Shown here piece after piece: positions 1-20,798 of a DNA stretch of 64,000 nt. Origin of the DNA: an uncultured virus (IMG/VR IMGVR_UViG_3300000313_000091) (taxonomy: Duplodnaviria; Heunggongvirae; Uroviricota; Caudoviricetes). The stretch lies in IMG/VR virus record IMGVR_UViG_3300000313_000091. The stretch is one strand, 5' to 3'. The translations under genes were made by a program, and so were the position numbers. Below the pieces are notes generated by a model that saw only the letters and a program-made list of their open reading frames with translations, was not told where the DNA came from and did not search any database. Position 1 is the stretch's first letter. The number at the start of each line of letters is the position of its first letter.

Positions 1-202
1 AAAATTAGCAATTCAAATCGTGGACATGTAATTTTGTTCGTAAACCCCATTGTTTCAAAACTATATAATCAATGTTATTAATTTTTAGTGGACACTAGTG
101 AAAAAATAAGATGTTTCAACCTTATTCATACATTTAATGCATATTGCAGTACATTTTTTTAAGAAAACATGACAAAATATTTGCAGATTTCGGGGAAATG
201 GC

Positions 203-210
203 TACCTTTG
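203..210 (+). promoter_or_regulatory. Bacteroidetes -7 promoter box upstream of tRNA-Gly
   Basis: TACCTTTG matches TAnnTTTG, 11 nt before the tRNA 5' end. Confidence 0.6.
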
Positions 211-221
211 CAATCACAAAT

Positions 222-294
222 GCGGTAGTAGCTCAGTTGGTAGAGCATCAGCTTCCCAAGCTGAGGGTCGAGGGTCCGAGTCCCTTTTGCCGCT
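222..294 (+). tRNA. tRNA-Gly (anticodon CCC), prophage integration target
   Basis: Cloverleaf: GCGGTAG/TTGCCGC acceptor, GCTC..GAGC D arm, TCAGC-TTCCCAA-GCTGA anticodon arm, GAGGG-TCCGAGT-CCCTT T arm, discriminator U. Confidence 0.95.
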
Positions 295-363
295 CGCATT
301 GATTATTAGGCAGTTACATTGATTGTAGCTGCCTTTTTTACTTCAAAAAAAGCTTGGAATGTT
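250..363 (+). repeat. attL direct repeat (tRNA 3' half plus downstream terminator)
   Basis: AGCTTCCCAAGCTGAGGGTCG... near-identical to 62539-62652. Confidence 0.93.
308..339 (+). terminator. Intrinsic terminator after tRNA
   Basis: AGGCAGTTACA-ttgat-TGTAGCTGCCT followed by T-tract. Confidence 0.8.
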
Positions 364-410
364 ATAAAATTAACACGTTTTGTACCATAAAATAACACAT
401 ATTTGTTATA

Positions 411-432
411 TTTTGGGCAAATTTTGGGCAAA
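411..432 (+). repeat. Candidate integrase arm-type sites (left)
   Basis: TTTTGGGCAAA twice with 11-bp period; similar TGGGTAAA pair at 62464-62482. Confidence 0.55.
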
Positions 433-437
433 AAATA

Positions 438-1610
438 ATGGAAAAAGTAAGATTTTATTTGGATAAAAGGTCAACAATGAAGGATGGAACTCACCCAATA
501 AGGTTGTATATAAAAAATGTTGGAAGATTTCGGCTCTCTACAAACTTTTCTTCTAAGGAAGAGGAATGGGGAGAAAATGGATACATAGTTGCAAAGTATC
601 GTGCGAGAAATGCAGTACTGAATACAATGATTAATAAGGTGCAGACATTTATGTTAACCTGCGGTAATCTATCGGATGAAGAATTGAAGAAAGAGCTTGA
701 AAAGTTTCTGTTTAATAAAGAGAAGAAAACGAAGAAGAATTTCATATTCTATCTAAAGGAGTTCATTCGATTAAAACAGAGACCGGGTACTAAAAGAGTA
801 TATACGGAAACTCTTCGAAAGCTAGAAAAATACGATCCTAATTGTACACTGGAGTCCATTGATCGTAAATGGCTGATAAATTTTGATAATTGGTTGGCGA
901 AAACAATGAAAATAAATGCTCGGTCAATTCACCTGCGTAATATGCGAGCAGTATTCAATTATTGTCTTGATGAAGAAATAACAACCAATTATCCATTTAG
1001 ACGTTTTTCAATCAAAAAGGAAGAAACAGTAAAGCGTGCTTTGACGGTAGAACAATTGCGATTGTTACGTGACTATCCGGTTGAGCCTTTTCAAGAGAAA
1101 TACAGAGATATATTTATGCTGATGTTTTATCTTATTGGAATAAACTGTGTAGACCTGTTTTCTTTGACCGTAGACAACGTTTCGGATAACAGACTAATAT
1201 ATCATCGTGCGAAGACAAATAAGCTCTATAACATCAAAATAGAGCCGGAAGCTCAGATAATAATTGATAAATATAAGGGAGAAAAGAAACTAATTGATTT
1301 GCCTTATACGAATTATGAAAATTTTCGGCACCAGATGGATCATCGATTAAAGGAAATCGGAGAATATGATAGAGTAGGGCGCGGTGGAAAGAAAGTCTTT
1401 CATCCCATATTGCCGAATATAACAACATACGCCAGTCGGCACACGTGGGCAACGTTGGCATCAGAGTTGGATATACCAAAAGAGACTATATCTGCAGCTC
1501 TTGGTCATGAAATAGGAAGTTCTGTAACATCTATCTATATAAAGCTTGATAAAGACAAAGTTGATGAGGCTAATAGACAGGTGATCGATTATGTAAATGG
1601 ATATGAATAG
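438..1610 (+). CDS. int: Tyrosine integrase (Arm-binding, SAM-like and catalytic domains)
   Basis: Y-A-S-R-H-T-W-A-T, LGH and C-terminal Tyr; adjacent to attL. Confidence 0.95.
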   Translation: MEKVRFYLDKRSTMKDGTHPIRLYIKNVGRFRLSTNFSSKEEEWGENGYIVAKYRARNAVLNTMINKVQTFMLTCGNLSDEELKKELEKFLFNKEKKTKKNFIFYLKEFIRLKQRPGTKRVYTETLRKLEKYDPNCTLESIDRKWLINFDNWLAKTMKINARSIHLRNMRAVFNYCLDEEITTNYPFRRFSIKKEETVKRALTVEQLRLLRDYPVEPFQEKYRDIFMLMFYLIGINCVDLFSLTVDNVSDNRLIYHRAKTNKLYNIKIEPEAQIIIDKYKGEKKLIDLPYTNYENFRHQMDHRLKEIGEYDRVGRGGKKVFHPILPNITTYASRHTWATLASELDIPKETISAALGHEIGSSVTSIYIKLDKDKVDEANRQVIDYVNGYE

Positions 1611-1716
1611 CACAACATAATAAGGAGTAATTCATCATAATTTAATATTTTTTTTCTTCAAAAGTTACCATATATTGGTAATTTATTGTATCTTTGTATC
1701 GTAAAATTAAGTAACA

Positions 1717-2040
1717 ATGGAAGTACTTATAGCTGACGAAGACTTGCAGGAGCTCATAGAAACGGGTAAGAACAAGGCTTATAAGAAAATTTCAAGAGAT
1801 AAAATGCTTATGTCAGGCTTGGCCAAAGCTGTTTCTATTATGCGTACCGTAAGTAACGTAAGTGATTTGAAAGCTTTTAGCTACCTTCATTATGAACATT
1901 TGAAATATGAACTAAGTGACGTTAGCTCTGTAAGGGTTGTAAGCAATAGGGTTGAACGTTTATTATTTACAGAGAGAGAAGATGGAGTAGAAATAACATT
2001 ATTAAAATTAGATGAAACTCATTATGGCAACAAAAAATGA
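1717..2040 (+). CDS. higB: HigB/RelE-like toxin
   Basis: 107 aa upstream of and overlapping a HigA-type HTH gene; LHYEHLK..SSVRV..RLLF pattern, ending HYG. Confidence 0.75.
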   Translation: MEVLIADEDLQELIETGKNKAYKKISRDKMLMSGLAKAVSIMRTVSNVSDLKAFSYLHYEHLKYELSDVSSVRVVSNRVERLLFTEREDGVEITLLKLDETHYGNKK

Positions 2041-3118
2041 ATTATCGGTTCCCTTTATGGCTATTCATCCTGGTAGCATATTAAAGGAAGAGCTAAAAGA
2101 GAGAGGAATCAAACAAAAAGATTTTGCTCAGCTAATTGGTATGCGGGAGACACATCTGAGTACTTTAATAAAAGGTAGAAGAAACATCTCGGCTGAAGTG
2201 GCCGACAAGTTAGAGACGTACTTAGGTATTTCGTCTGTATCTTGGTTAAATTTGCAAACTCAATATGACTATGATTGCAGGGTGATTGAGAAGAGAGGGA
2301 TTGAGGAGCAATCGGCCTCAAACGAATTAACGGCTTATGAGAATGTCTTTTCTGTCAAAACTGTAATAAATAGGCTTGGCATAAATTGCTCAACTAGAAG
2401 TGGCCAACTGAAGAAAATGACTGAAGAATTGAATATTTGTCCTGCAGCCGAGCTGCAACTAAAGGTATCTGGAATGTTTCGTAAATCCGAGAAAAAAGGA
2501 TTGGACGAAAAGATGATTGCTACTTGGATATTATTGTCACGCGCAGCAGCAAAGAAAATAACTGTAAAAAATACTTTTGATAAAGATCGTATTAAAGAAT
2601 TGATTGTAGAATTACGCGATATTTTCAACAGTAATAGCGATACAGTAAACAGAGTTACATCAGCATTCTCTGAATACGGTATAAAATTTGGCATTGTTGA
2701 AAAAGTGGATGGAGCGTCCATTGATGGATATTCTTTTTATGACGATGATACGCCTTGCATTATTGTAACAAAGAGATATGATAAAATTGACAGCTTTGCG
2801 TTTTCTGTAATGCATGAACTCGGACATGTACTAAATCATCTTGGTCATGAGAATCAGACTACATGGATGAGTATATCCGATTATCATAAAGGAAATAGAG
2901 AGGAGAAAGAGGCTGACGAGTTTGCTTCAAACTCTTTAATTCCAAAGTCTATTTGGGATAAAGCTCCTGAAACAAAGGTTAATTCTACTTTGTTGCAAAA
3001 TACGTTCAGCGAATGGGCCAAAGGAATAAATTATAATAAATGGATTGTTCTTGGACGAGTTTCTTATGAACTACAAATGTATAAGTTCAAAGATGATGGG
3101 ACAAGAAAAATTGCATGA
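2012..3118 (+). CDS. higA: HigA-family HTH antitoxin fused to ImmA/IrrE-type metallopeptidase
   Basis: AIHPGSILKEEL HigA N-terminus, WLNLQTQYD, C-terminal MHELGHV (HExxH) and EKEADEFA. Confidence 0.85.
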   Translation: MKLIMATKNELSVPFMAIHPGSILKEELKERGIKQKDFAQLIGMRETHLSTLIKGRRNISAEVADKLETYLGISSVSWLNLQTQYDYDCRVIEKRGIEEQSASNELTAYENVFSVKTVINRLGINCSTRSGQLKKMTEELNICPAAELQLKVSGMFRKSEKKGLDEKMIATWILLSRAAAKKITVKNTFDKDRIKELIVELRDIFNSNSDTVNRVTSAFSEYGIKFGIVEKVDGASIDGYSFYDDDTPCIIVTKRYDKIDSFAFSVMHELGHVLNHLGHENQTTWMSISDYHKGNREEKEADEFASNSLIPKSIWDKAPETKVNSTLLQNTFSEWAKGINYNKWIVLGRVSYELQMYKFKDDGTRKIA

Positions 3119-3135
3119 TAATTTCAACCATTGAT

Positions 3136-3165
3136 AAAAGGCAGCCAAAATCGGCTGCCTTTTTT
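3136..3165 (+). terminator. Intrinsic terminator
   Basis: AAAAGGCAGCC/GGCTGCCTTTTTT hairpin. Confidence 0.8.
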
Positions 3166-3300
3166 ATCCACTTTTCTCAAACATTAATGTTGCTTCTAAT
3201 AAAAATGATCAAAAACATATAAGTACTTATAGATTACCAAAAGAGAGTATTGTAAGTGTTTTATTTTAATGTTATTTTTGCGGCAAAATTGTAAGACATC

Positions 3301-3546
3301 ATGAAAGCAGCATTGAGAATAAGAGAAATAATGAAACAAAAGAAAATGACACAACGTCAAATGGCTTTAGAATTGGGCATTACTGCAAGTGCTCTCTATA
3401 TATTATTGCGTACAGGTAATATGAGGGTAGAAAGACTTACAGAAATAGCAGATATATTAGGTGTCGACATATCAGAACTGTTTGAAAGCAAGAAAGATTA
3501 TATCACATGCCCTCATTGTGGTAAACGAATTTACATGGAACATTAA
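3301..3546 (+). CDS. XRE-family HTH regulator with C-terminal zinc ribbon
   Basis: HTH pattern and CPHCG motif. Confidence 0.85.
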   Translation: MKAALRIREIMKQKKMTQRQMALELGITASALYILLRTGNMRVERLTEIADILGVDISELFESKKDYITCPHCGKRIYMEH

Positions 3547-3875
3547 TCTTTCAGTTCTTCGTCCAACTTTTCTATTTCTTGATCTATCTTGCTTACTTCA
3601 ACCTTTACAGTAGACAGGTCAATATTTTGTAACGCTGGGGTTACATATTTCAGCAAGCCAACAACGATATCTAGTCTTTCTTTCGGCTTGCAAGCGGCCA
3701 AGTCAACTTTCAATTGCTCGCTGTTCATATAACCGGATGTAAAATCTTTGATTATCTCACGTACTTCACGTATACCTTTCTTCTCGTGTGCACCTCCGTT
3801 GCCTACGCGATTATCTATTGCACCCTTTTTTGTTTTACGTACCTCTTTCTTTGTCTCTTCTATTTTCTTTTTCAT
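3543..3875 (-). CDS. Putative terminase small subunit
   Basis: Basic/Gly N-terminus then DL..CKPKERLDIVVGLLKYVTPALQ, resembling Bacteroidetes phage TerS-like proteins. Confidence 0.5.
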   Translation of the reverse strand: MKKKIEETKKEVRKTKKGAIDNRVGNGGAHEKKGIREVREIIKDFTSGYMNSEQLKVDLAACKPKERLDIVVGLLKYVTPALQNIDLSTVKVEVSKIDQEIEKLDEELKD

Positions 3876-3897
3876 GCTCTTATAAAGATAAAACTCT
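3876..3897 (+). promoter_or_regulatory. Late-promoter motif copy 1
   Basis: GCTCTTATAAAGATAAAACTCT identical to 21653-21674. Confidence 0.65.
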
Positions 3898-3948
3898 GTT
3901 CACGAAAATACATCTTATTATTGCAGCTAAAGTTTTATCATTATAATT

Positions 3949-4497
3949 ATGAATCCATTATCAATAGCAGCAGCTGGCACAGGACTAGTCGGCAGTGTTT
4001 TCGGAACGATCTCGGCTGCGAGACAAGCAAGAAAAGCAAATAAACTTCTTAACCAAGAAGCTGAAGAGAATCAAGACTGGTATAATAAGAACTACAATCA
4101 GGATTATACCCAAACAGCCTCAAACCAGGCTCTAATTAATAAGACAGCAGAAATTCTACGTAATAGATCAAATGCAGAAGCTGGAAGACAAGCGGTCGGA
4201 GGTGGAACGGATGAATCTGTAGCACAGGAAAAAGAACAGGATAATCAAGCTTTAGGTAATTCAGTCCAGAATATAGCAGCACAAGCAGATGCTAGAAAGA
4301 ATCAAGTAGAAAGCCAGTATCAGAACCAAAAGAATGCAATCAACAACGCAAAGATCGGCGTAGCCAATAATCAAGCGCAGAATATTGCGAGCGCTACGTC
4401 GGGACTTGCGGGTACTTTGGGGACGATTGTTGCTAATTCAGGTACAGGAGGAGCTGCTACGACAAAGAAGAACTTATATAATTCCGGGTTAGCATGA
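3949..4497 (+). CDS. Putative virion ejection/internal protein
   Basis: Gly/Ala hydrophobic N-terminus and Q/N/A-rich coiled coil, first gene of the large-protein/portal operon. Confidence 0.6.
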   Translation: MNPLSIAAAGTGLVGSVFGTISAARQARKANKLLNQEAEENQDWYNKNYNQDYTQTASNQALINKTAEILRNRSNAEAGRQAVGGGTDESVAQEKEQDNQALGNSVQNIAAQADARKNQVESQYQNQKNAINNAKIGVANNQAQNIASATSGLAGTLGTIVANSGTGGAATTKKNLYNSGLA

Positions 4498-5960
4498 TAC
4501 TTAATCCACTAGAAAACATAAAAGGTATAAGACCGGCTCCTACAGCATTTCAAAATACAATGACGGGCGAGATTACAAATCCGTCTGTATTGGAGCAAAC
4601 AGGGAATGATGCTGTAGCTAAACTGAATCAGATCGATTCTGTGCCTGAAGGAACTCAACCGGGAACAATGCCTACGTTACAGCCTGCACCGGAGCAACAA
4701 CAAGCTCCACAGACTAATCAACAGCCCATACAACAAGCCACGCAACCAAATACCCAACAGGCTAACGTTGTAGACTTAAGAAACGCTCAGCCTGCGCAGC
4801 CAGCTCAACCCGTACCTGCTCAAACGACTCAACCCGCAACGCCACAAGTTCAAACTCCTACACCAACTAGTCAGGTTGGGGCGGATATTAGCAATCGTCT
4901 AGGTGATATCACTCAAGAAAATAAGAACACGGCCCAGATAAATAATTATCAGGATTATGTAAACAATGCTTTGAATGATAGCGGTGGTAAGGATTTATCT
5001 CTTAGTGATATATACAATCTTATGAATCCTAAAGATTCTTCACCCGAAGCTTTAGCTGCAGAACAGAAGAAGAAACAGACAGAGGATAATATATACAATA
5101 TAGCAGATATAGCGGATGCCTTTACCAATCTTATAGGTACAACGAAAGGAGCACCAAATCGTAAGACTCTCAATCTTACAGGTGCAAATGAGCAACGGTA
5201 TGAAAAGATACTTGCTAATCGTATGGCGATGGACAAGAATTATAGGGATGCCATGAAGAATGTTCTTGATATGTATTATAAGAATCAGGATTCTCACAAC
5301 AAACAAGTCAATCAGCAAGCTACGTTGGCTCAGGGGGCAATGAAAATACTACAAAGCCAAAATCAAAATATTGAGGAGAATAGATACAAACAAGATTCTC
5401 TTTCGGAAAAGACTCAACACGATACCGCTACGCAACAAGAAACAGCAGCGCATAATAGAGCAACCGAGAAGAGTGCAGAAGAAGGACATCAAATTACCCT
5501 TCGTGGACAGAATATTACAGCAGCTCATAATAAAGCAGAAGAGAATATTAGTAAAAACAATCTAGGCGTTTCAAAGGAGAGATTGAATTTTGAGGAATCT
5601 AAAGCGGGGAATGCAGCAGATAAGAATAAGCTATTATTTAAGACGCGTAATGGCTTTGTAAAAGTAGATAAAACTGATTGGGAAAATGGAGGTTGGAGAA
5701 GATTCTACAATAATGCTATAGGGGATGTTCGACGAGAAGCTCAACAAAGAGGATTGGCTAACATGAATAGTCTTATAGGAAAAGACGACCCGAATAAGCT
5801 TACTGATTCTGAGAAGAGGCACATTGTAGAGAATTCTTTCTCAAAATATGCTAACATGAGCAATATGATTCATAGCTATTCCCAAGGAAAGATCTATTCT
5901 CCCACCAATGCAGCCAATCAAACATTCCAACGTAAATACAGTAAATATAAAATAAAGTAA
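4494..5960 (+). CDS. Putative virion internal protein (P/Q-rich)
   Basis: 488-aa ORF overlapping its neighbour in the ejection operon. Confidence 0.55.
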   Translation: MILNPLENIKGIRPAPTAFQNTMTGEITNPSVLEQTGNDAVAKLNQIDSVPEGTQPGTMPTLQPAPEQQQAPQTNQQPIQQATQPNTQQANVVDLRNAQPAQPAQPVPAQTTQPATPQVQTPTPTSQVGADISNRLGDITQENKNTAQINNYQDYVNNALNDSGGKDLSLSDIYNLMNPKDSSPEALAAEQKKKQTEDNIYNIADIADAFTNLIGTTKGAPNRKTLNLTGANEQRYEKILANRMAMDKNYRDAMKNVLDMYYKNQDSHNKQVNQQATLAQGAMKILQSQNQNIEENRYKQDSLSEKTQHDTATQQETAAHNRATEKSAEEGHQITLRGQNITAAHNKAEENISKNNLGVSKERLNFEESKAGNAADKNKLLFKTRNGFVKVDKTDWENGGWRRFYNNAIGDVRREAQQRGLANMNSLIGKDDPNKLTDSEKRHIVENSFSKYANMSNMIHSYSQGKIYSPTNAANQTFQRKYSKYKIK

Positions 5961-5961
5961 T

Positions 5962-16392
<10,431 letters not shown>

Positions 16393-16395
16393 ATT

Positions 16396-18336
16396 ATGAA
16401 CTTAGTACCATTATCAAAACTTAGTTCCTATAAAGGAAAGAAGAAACATGTTTCCTCAAAGATGCGCTACGATGTAGATAGAGATGCAAAAGATCTTTTG
16501 GAACGTGCAGCGCAGGTTTGGGCAGATATGTATACGTTTAGAAAGGATATGGAACGGAACAGGAACTATACTTACGGTAAGCAATGGAACGACATGGTTT
16601 GTGTCGACGGCCGTATGATGACAGAAGAAGACTATATTCGTCAGCAGGGACGAGTCCCCCTTAAAAATAACCTCATACGTCGATTCGTAAAAACCGTATT
16701 GGGTGTATGGCACAGTCAGGATAAGGAACCGACCTGCACTTCACGTGATCGGGACGAACAGAAATACGGGGAAACAATGACTACCATACTCCAATACAAC
16801 CGACAAATGAATCGATTATCCGAACTTGACGGTCGTGCATTTGAAGAATTTATGATATATGGTGCCGTATGCCAAAGAAAGTGTCCAGATTGGAGGAAAG
16901 GGCGTTATGATGAATACACAGATAATGTGGACCTTCAAAAATGGTTTGTTGATGGAGATATGAAAGATCCTCGGAACTGGGATGCGGACTTAATAGGAGA
17001 GATTCATGATATTTCTCATGGAGATCTTTTATCGAAATTTGCAAAGACACCTTCCGACAAATTCATATTGGATGAAATCTATCCCGATTATTCGGGGTAT
17101 GTATCAAATAACAGTGAAGAATTCGGTTATAGGAAACAGATTGAATCAAGTTTCTATATACCCAAGGATGCCAATTTATGCCGTGTTTTTGAAATATGGA
17201 GTAAAGAAGAAAAACCACGTTATCATTGCCATGATTATGCGACGGGAGAATGTTTCAAGTGTGAAATAAAAGATAAACCAAAGCTTATTGATGCCGTAAA
17301 CAATAAACGTATTCAAGAAGGAACACAAGCCGGTATGGATAAAGAGGATATCCCTCTTATCGAATACGAGTGGTGTATAGATAGATTTTGGTACTTCCGT
17401 TTCATATCCCCAGACGGATATGTACTTGATCAGGGAGAAACACCATTTGAACATGGGGAACATCCTTACACCTACAAATTATATCCTTTTGTTAATGGGG
17501 AGATACATTCTTATGTAGCCGATGTAATAGACCAGCAACGCTATGTCAATAGATTGATTACCATGTATGATTTCATTATGTCTGCTAGCGCAAAAGGTTT
17601 ACTGTTGTTTCCCCAAGAGGCGAAACCGGACGAATACAGTTGGAAAGAAATTGGTAAGATGTGGGGCGACTTTAAAGGAATACTTCCTTATAAGTCTAAA
17701 AACACCACTTCATTGCCACAGCAAATTTCAAGTAATTCCACAAACATAGGTATTGGTGAATTGCTGAATATCCAACTTAAATTTTTTGAAGATATTGCAG
17801 GTGTGAATGGAGCACTACAAGGTAAGCCCGGATTCTCAGGAACAAGTGCCAGCAAGTATCAGCAAGAAACGCAGAATGCTACCATGTCATTACTTGATAT
17901 CCTGGAGGCTTTCTCTTCCTTCTTGAAAGATGGCGCATTGAAAGATGTGCAAAATATCCAGCAAATTTATGATGACCGAATGATACGGAATATCGTTGGT
18001 AAGGATGCGGATATGAATGTGGATCATCCTGAACGTGTAAAAGATATCGAGTTTGATTTGGCTATTGCAGAAAGTCAGACATCCATGGCTTCACGTCAGG
18101 TTTCAAATGATTTCTTGCTTCAGTTGTTGAATGCCCACTATATTACTTTGGAACAAATGTTGGATACCGGTTCATTCCCCTATGCTGATAAATTACTTCA
18201 GGAAATAAAGAAACAACAGGAAGCAGTACAAAGCGGGCAACAACCACAACCGTTATCACCCGATTTACAGCAGCAAGTTCAACAAGGTGTCAATATGCCC
18301 GCTGTAAATAGTATGTATAGCCAATTATCAGCTTAA
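16396..18336 (+). CDS. Portal protein (P22-like)
   Basis: 646 aa; RNYTYGKQW, PLKNNLI, DVIDQQRYVNRL; convergent with the terminase operon. Confidence 0.8.
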   Translation: MNLVPLSKLSSYKGKKKHVSSKMRYDVDRDAKDLLERAAQVWADMYTFRKDMERNRNYTYGKQWNDMVCVDGRMMTEEDYIRQQGRVPLKNNLIRRFVKTVLGVWHSQDKEPTCTSRDRDEQKYGETMTTILQYNRQMNRLSELDGRAFEEFMIYGAVCQRKCPDWRKGRYDEYTDNVDLQKWFVDGDMKDPRNWDADLIGEIHDISHGDLLSKFAKTPSDKFILDEIYPDYSGYVSNNSEEFGYRKQIESSFYIPKDANLCRVFEIWSKEEKPRYHCHDYATGECFKCEIKDKPKLIDAVNNKRIQEGTQAGMDKEDIPLIEYEWCIDRFWYFRFISPDGYVLDQGETPFEHGEHPYTYKLYPFVNGEIHSYVADVIDQQRYVNRLITMYDFIMSASAKGLLLFPQEAKPDEYSWKEIGKMWGDFKGILPYKSKNTTSLPQQISSNSTNIGIGELLNIQLKFFEDIAGVNGALQGKPGFSGTSASKYQQETQNATMSLLDILEAFSSFLKDGALKDVQNIQQIYDDRMIRNIVGKDADMNVDHPERVKDIEFDLAIAESQTSMASRQVSNDFLLQLLNAHYITLEQMLDTGSFPYADKLLQEIKKQQEAVQSGQQPQPLSPDLQQQVQQGVNMPAVNSMYSQLSA

Positions 18337-18705
18337 TTTGACTACTATTTTACTAGTGAGCTTGTATTTTTTGCACCAATTGAGAAATTTACTAGTGAGG
18401 TAATACTTATAATACTCGTTCATAATTTTTAGACCGTCCTCCACTTTCTTTTGCAAGAATTCGGGGGACGGTTTATTTCCGAACTTATTGCTTGTGTAAT
18501 AGAAACAAGTATTGATCACATTACCCATTTTGTTTCTACGGGGAATCAATCCATTTCTTTTATAATTAATGAAATCCTTTTTCGTGAATATCATTAGATC
18601 GAATCCGTAAGGTAGTACATAATATCTGTCTCCTGTTTTCTCATGTGCATTATCCGCTAAATTGATTGCGGCTTCAAGTCTCTTTTTAAATATAAATCCA
18701 AACAT
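18328..18705 (-). CDS. Hypothetical phage protein downstream of terL
   Basis: 125-aa ORF in the terminase operon. Confidence 0.6.
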   Translation of the reverse strand: MFGFIFKKRLEAAINLADNAHEKTGDRYYVLPYGFDLMIFTKKDFINYKRNGLIPRRNKMGNVINTCFYYTSNKFGNKPSPEFLQKKVEDGLKIMNEYYKYYLTSKFLNWCKKYKLTSKIVVKLS

Positions 18706-18716
18706 ATCTTTAAATT

Positions 18717-20798
18717 TTAAATGGTTGCTGCCGAAATGGCTGTATTTACTTTTACCTTATCTCCTCGCTGTATTAATTGGGGAATATCCATCTCATAAGT
18801 CGATACCCACAATGCAATAGCCGTACTCATCAATATATCATCATGTGCTCCGTCAATCGCTCCATATGATCCGTTTTTCTTTTTCTCATAAACCCTATAT
18901 TCATTCAAGCATCTTTCATCACGTTCGATATAACCTTTCTCACGAACAACCCTTATCATGTTTGATATGAGTGCCGGCTTGGTCGAGGTATTCGTATGGA
19001 AACCGTAACGGACAGGATTATGCATCTTTATATCTTCCTCCGATTGTCGGCGGGCATAGATATTATCGTATACATTCTTTATTTGGTTTAAGATAAACCC
19101 TGACTGATCTCCGTCGACGGATGGATCTTTTGTTTCCAGCGTATTGCTTTCAATGACTAATAGAGCATCATTGTAATATTTCGCTATCTGTGCCGCCTTC
19201 CATGACAAGAGATCGTGGTCAATATGTCCGTACCATTGTGCAACGAGTTCCGGACCTTCACCGTCTTTCATCCAAAAACGGTCGAATACTCTTATTACGG
19301 ACCAGTCCGCCTTGTTTGAGCGTCCTCCGATATCTACGGATACAATGTACCTATTTGATACTTTCATGGAGGATGGTTTCTTCCATATCCACAAGTGCCC
19401 CTGCCTATCATCTATAAATGAAAGATTCCTCAATGCTTTCTTTCCTTCAATACCATCTCCTTGCACTTCTCCGATAAATTCGGGAACTTTGCAGGCGGAT
19501 TTAAATTTGTCAACAAGGTATTGGTCAAATACCATCTGGCCGGAAAGTTTAAAGGCTTCGATATCATCTGTCGGAAATTCGGCGGCCATTGTCGCATGGT
19601 CCGTATAACTTTTCCTTTTTGTTATATACCAGTTTATCGCTTCCAATGAGGCACCACTTTCCCACAATTTCCATAGGTATGCCCCACATTCATGTCGTAA
19701 GTCTATTTCAACCTTATTTTCTTTTGATTCGTATAGATTTTTAGCAAATTCTTTTTTATCCTCGATAGATTCAAAAGATTTCCTGTAAATTTTTATTTGA
19801 AACCATGCAATAAACAATGCCTTGTAATTCGAGCGTAAATTTTTTGCATCGTCATATTCCTGATAGAAGAAGTCTCCATAACCGTTTGCCGTTGATTCTT
19901 CCACAATCATCGTCCAAGGTATATCCATGATTGATGAAGAGGTAGAACCAATAATATCTTTTGGAGATTTATTGTCTGTTTTCTTCCAATAAGCAACCTC
20001 CGAATAATGGGCTAAAGCCAAATCGCTTGAACGTGCCGATTCGGGGCTTTCAGCAGTACCTACACCGATCTTGCAATTACGTGAAGGTATGATATCTACT
20101 GATCCGGTACGTCCGAAATGTTTAATTTTCTGTTCCTTTCCATTATAAGAATCAGTGGAAGAATAAAGCATCCATAATGGGTAATGATTAATAAGCGTAT
20201 CGAACATACCCTTTACGTTATCTGAGGCAATAGCTTGATGCGCAATTATAATGGAACTCCAACCGGTCTTATGTACGAGTTGAATCCATGCCATGTATAT
20301 CTGCGTTAGTGTGGATCCTCCCCATTGGCGGGCTTTAAGAAGTATGACACGGATAGGCAATCCGGAAAGGCGCATCTCTTCCAATGTTTCGAGTAGTAAT
20401 CTCTGAGGATAATTTAATTTGAAATGTATATCCCAGCCCGTACTTTTATCATGAATGATAGCAAATATAAATGCCCAAAACGCAAAGTCGTATCTTGATC
20501 TTATCTTTATATATTTTCTTTCAAGCTTATCTTTTATCTCATCGTTGTATTCGGCTTTTGGGTGAAGTAGTTTCCACATTTTCTTGAATGACTTTGCAGC
20601 CTTAAGATAACGCACAAACTTATTCTTAAGCATATCTTTTGGAATGTACTGAGTTTGGCTATTCCCTGCAAAATCTTCAATGAATATTTTCTCACGTTTA
20701 AGTGGAGATCCTTCACCGGTTAGTGGATTGAAATTGTCATGTTCTACGTTGCGCCGGTCACTTTCTTCAATGATTTTTAATGCCACCTCTTCATCCAT
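18717..20798 (-). CDS. terL: Terminase large subunit
   Basis: LKARQWGGST Walker A, HYSEVAYW Walker B, ESTANG coupling motif, VDIGG and HDD nuclease motifs. Confidence 0.95.
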   Translation of the reverse strand: MDEEVALKIIEESDRRNVEHDNFNPLTGEGSPLKREKIFIEDFAGNSQTQYIPKDMLKNKFVRYLKAAKSFKKMWKLLHPKAEYNDEIKDKLERKYIKIRSRYDFAFWAFIFAIIHDKSTGWDIHFKLNYPQRLLLETLEEMRLSGLPIRVILLKARQWGGSTLTQIYMAWIQLVHKTGWSSIIIAHQAIASDNVKGMFDTLINHYPLWMLYSSTDSYNGKEQKIKHFGRTGSVDIIPSRNCKIGVGTAESPESARSSDLALAHYSEVAYWKKTDNKSPKDIIGSTSSSIMDIPWTMIVEESTANGYGDFFYQEYDDAKNLRSNYKALFIAWFQIKIYRKSFESIEDKKEFAKNLYESKENKVEIDLRHECGAYLWKLWESGASLEAINWYITKRKSYTDHATMAAEFPTDDIEAFKLSGQMVFDQYLVDKFKSACKVPEFIGEVQGDGIEGKKALRNLSFIDDRQGHLWIWKKPSSMKVSNRYIVSVDIGGRSNKADWSVIRVFDRFWMKDGEGPELVAQWYGHIDHDLLSWKAAQIAKYYNDALLVIESNTLETKDPSVDGDQSGFILNQIKNVYDNIYARRQSEEDIKMHNPVRYGFHTNTSTKPALISNMIRVVREKGYIERDERCLNEYRVYEKKKNGSYGAIDGAHDDILMSTAIALWVSTYEMDIPQLIQRGDKVKVNTAISAATI

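Noticed and set aside
270..286. Atypical T loop (TCCGAGT) suggesting a tRNA pseudogene
   Set aside because: All stems are intact, both att copies agree, and promoter and terminator are present
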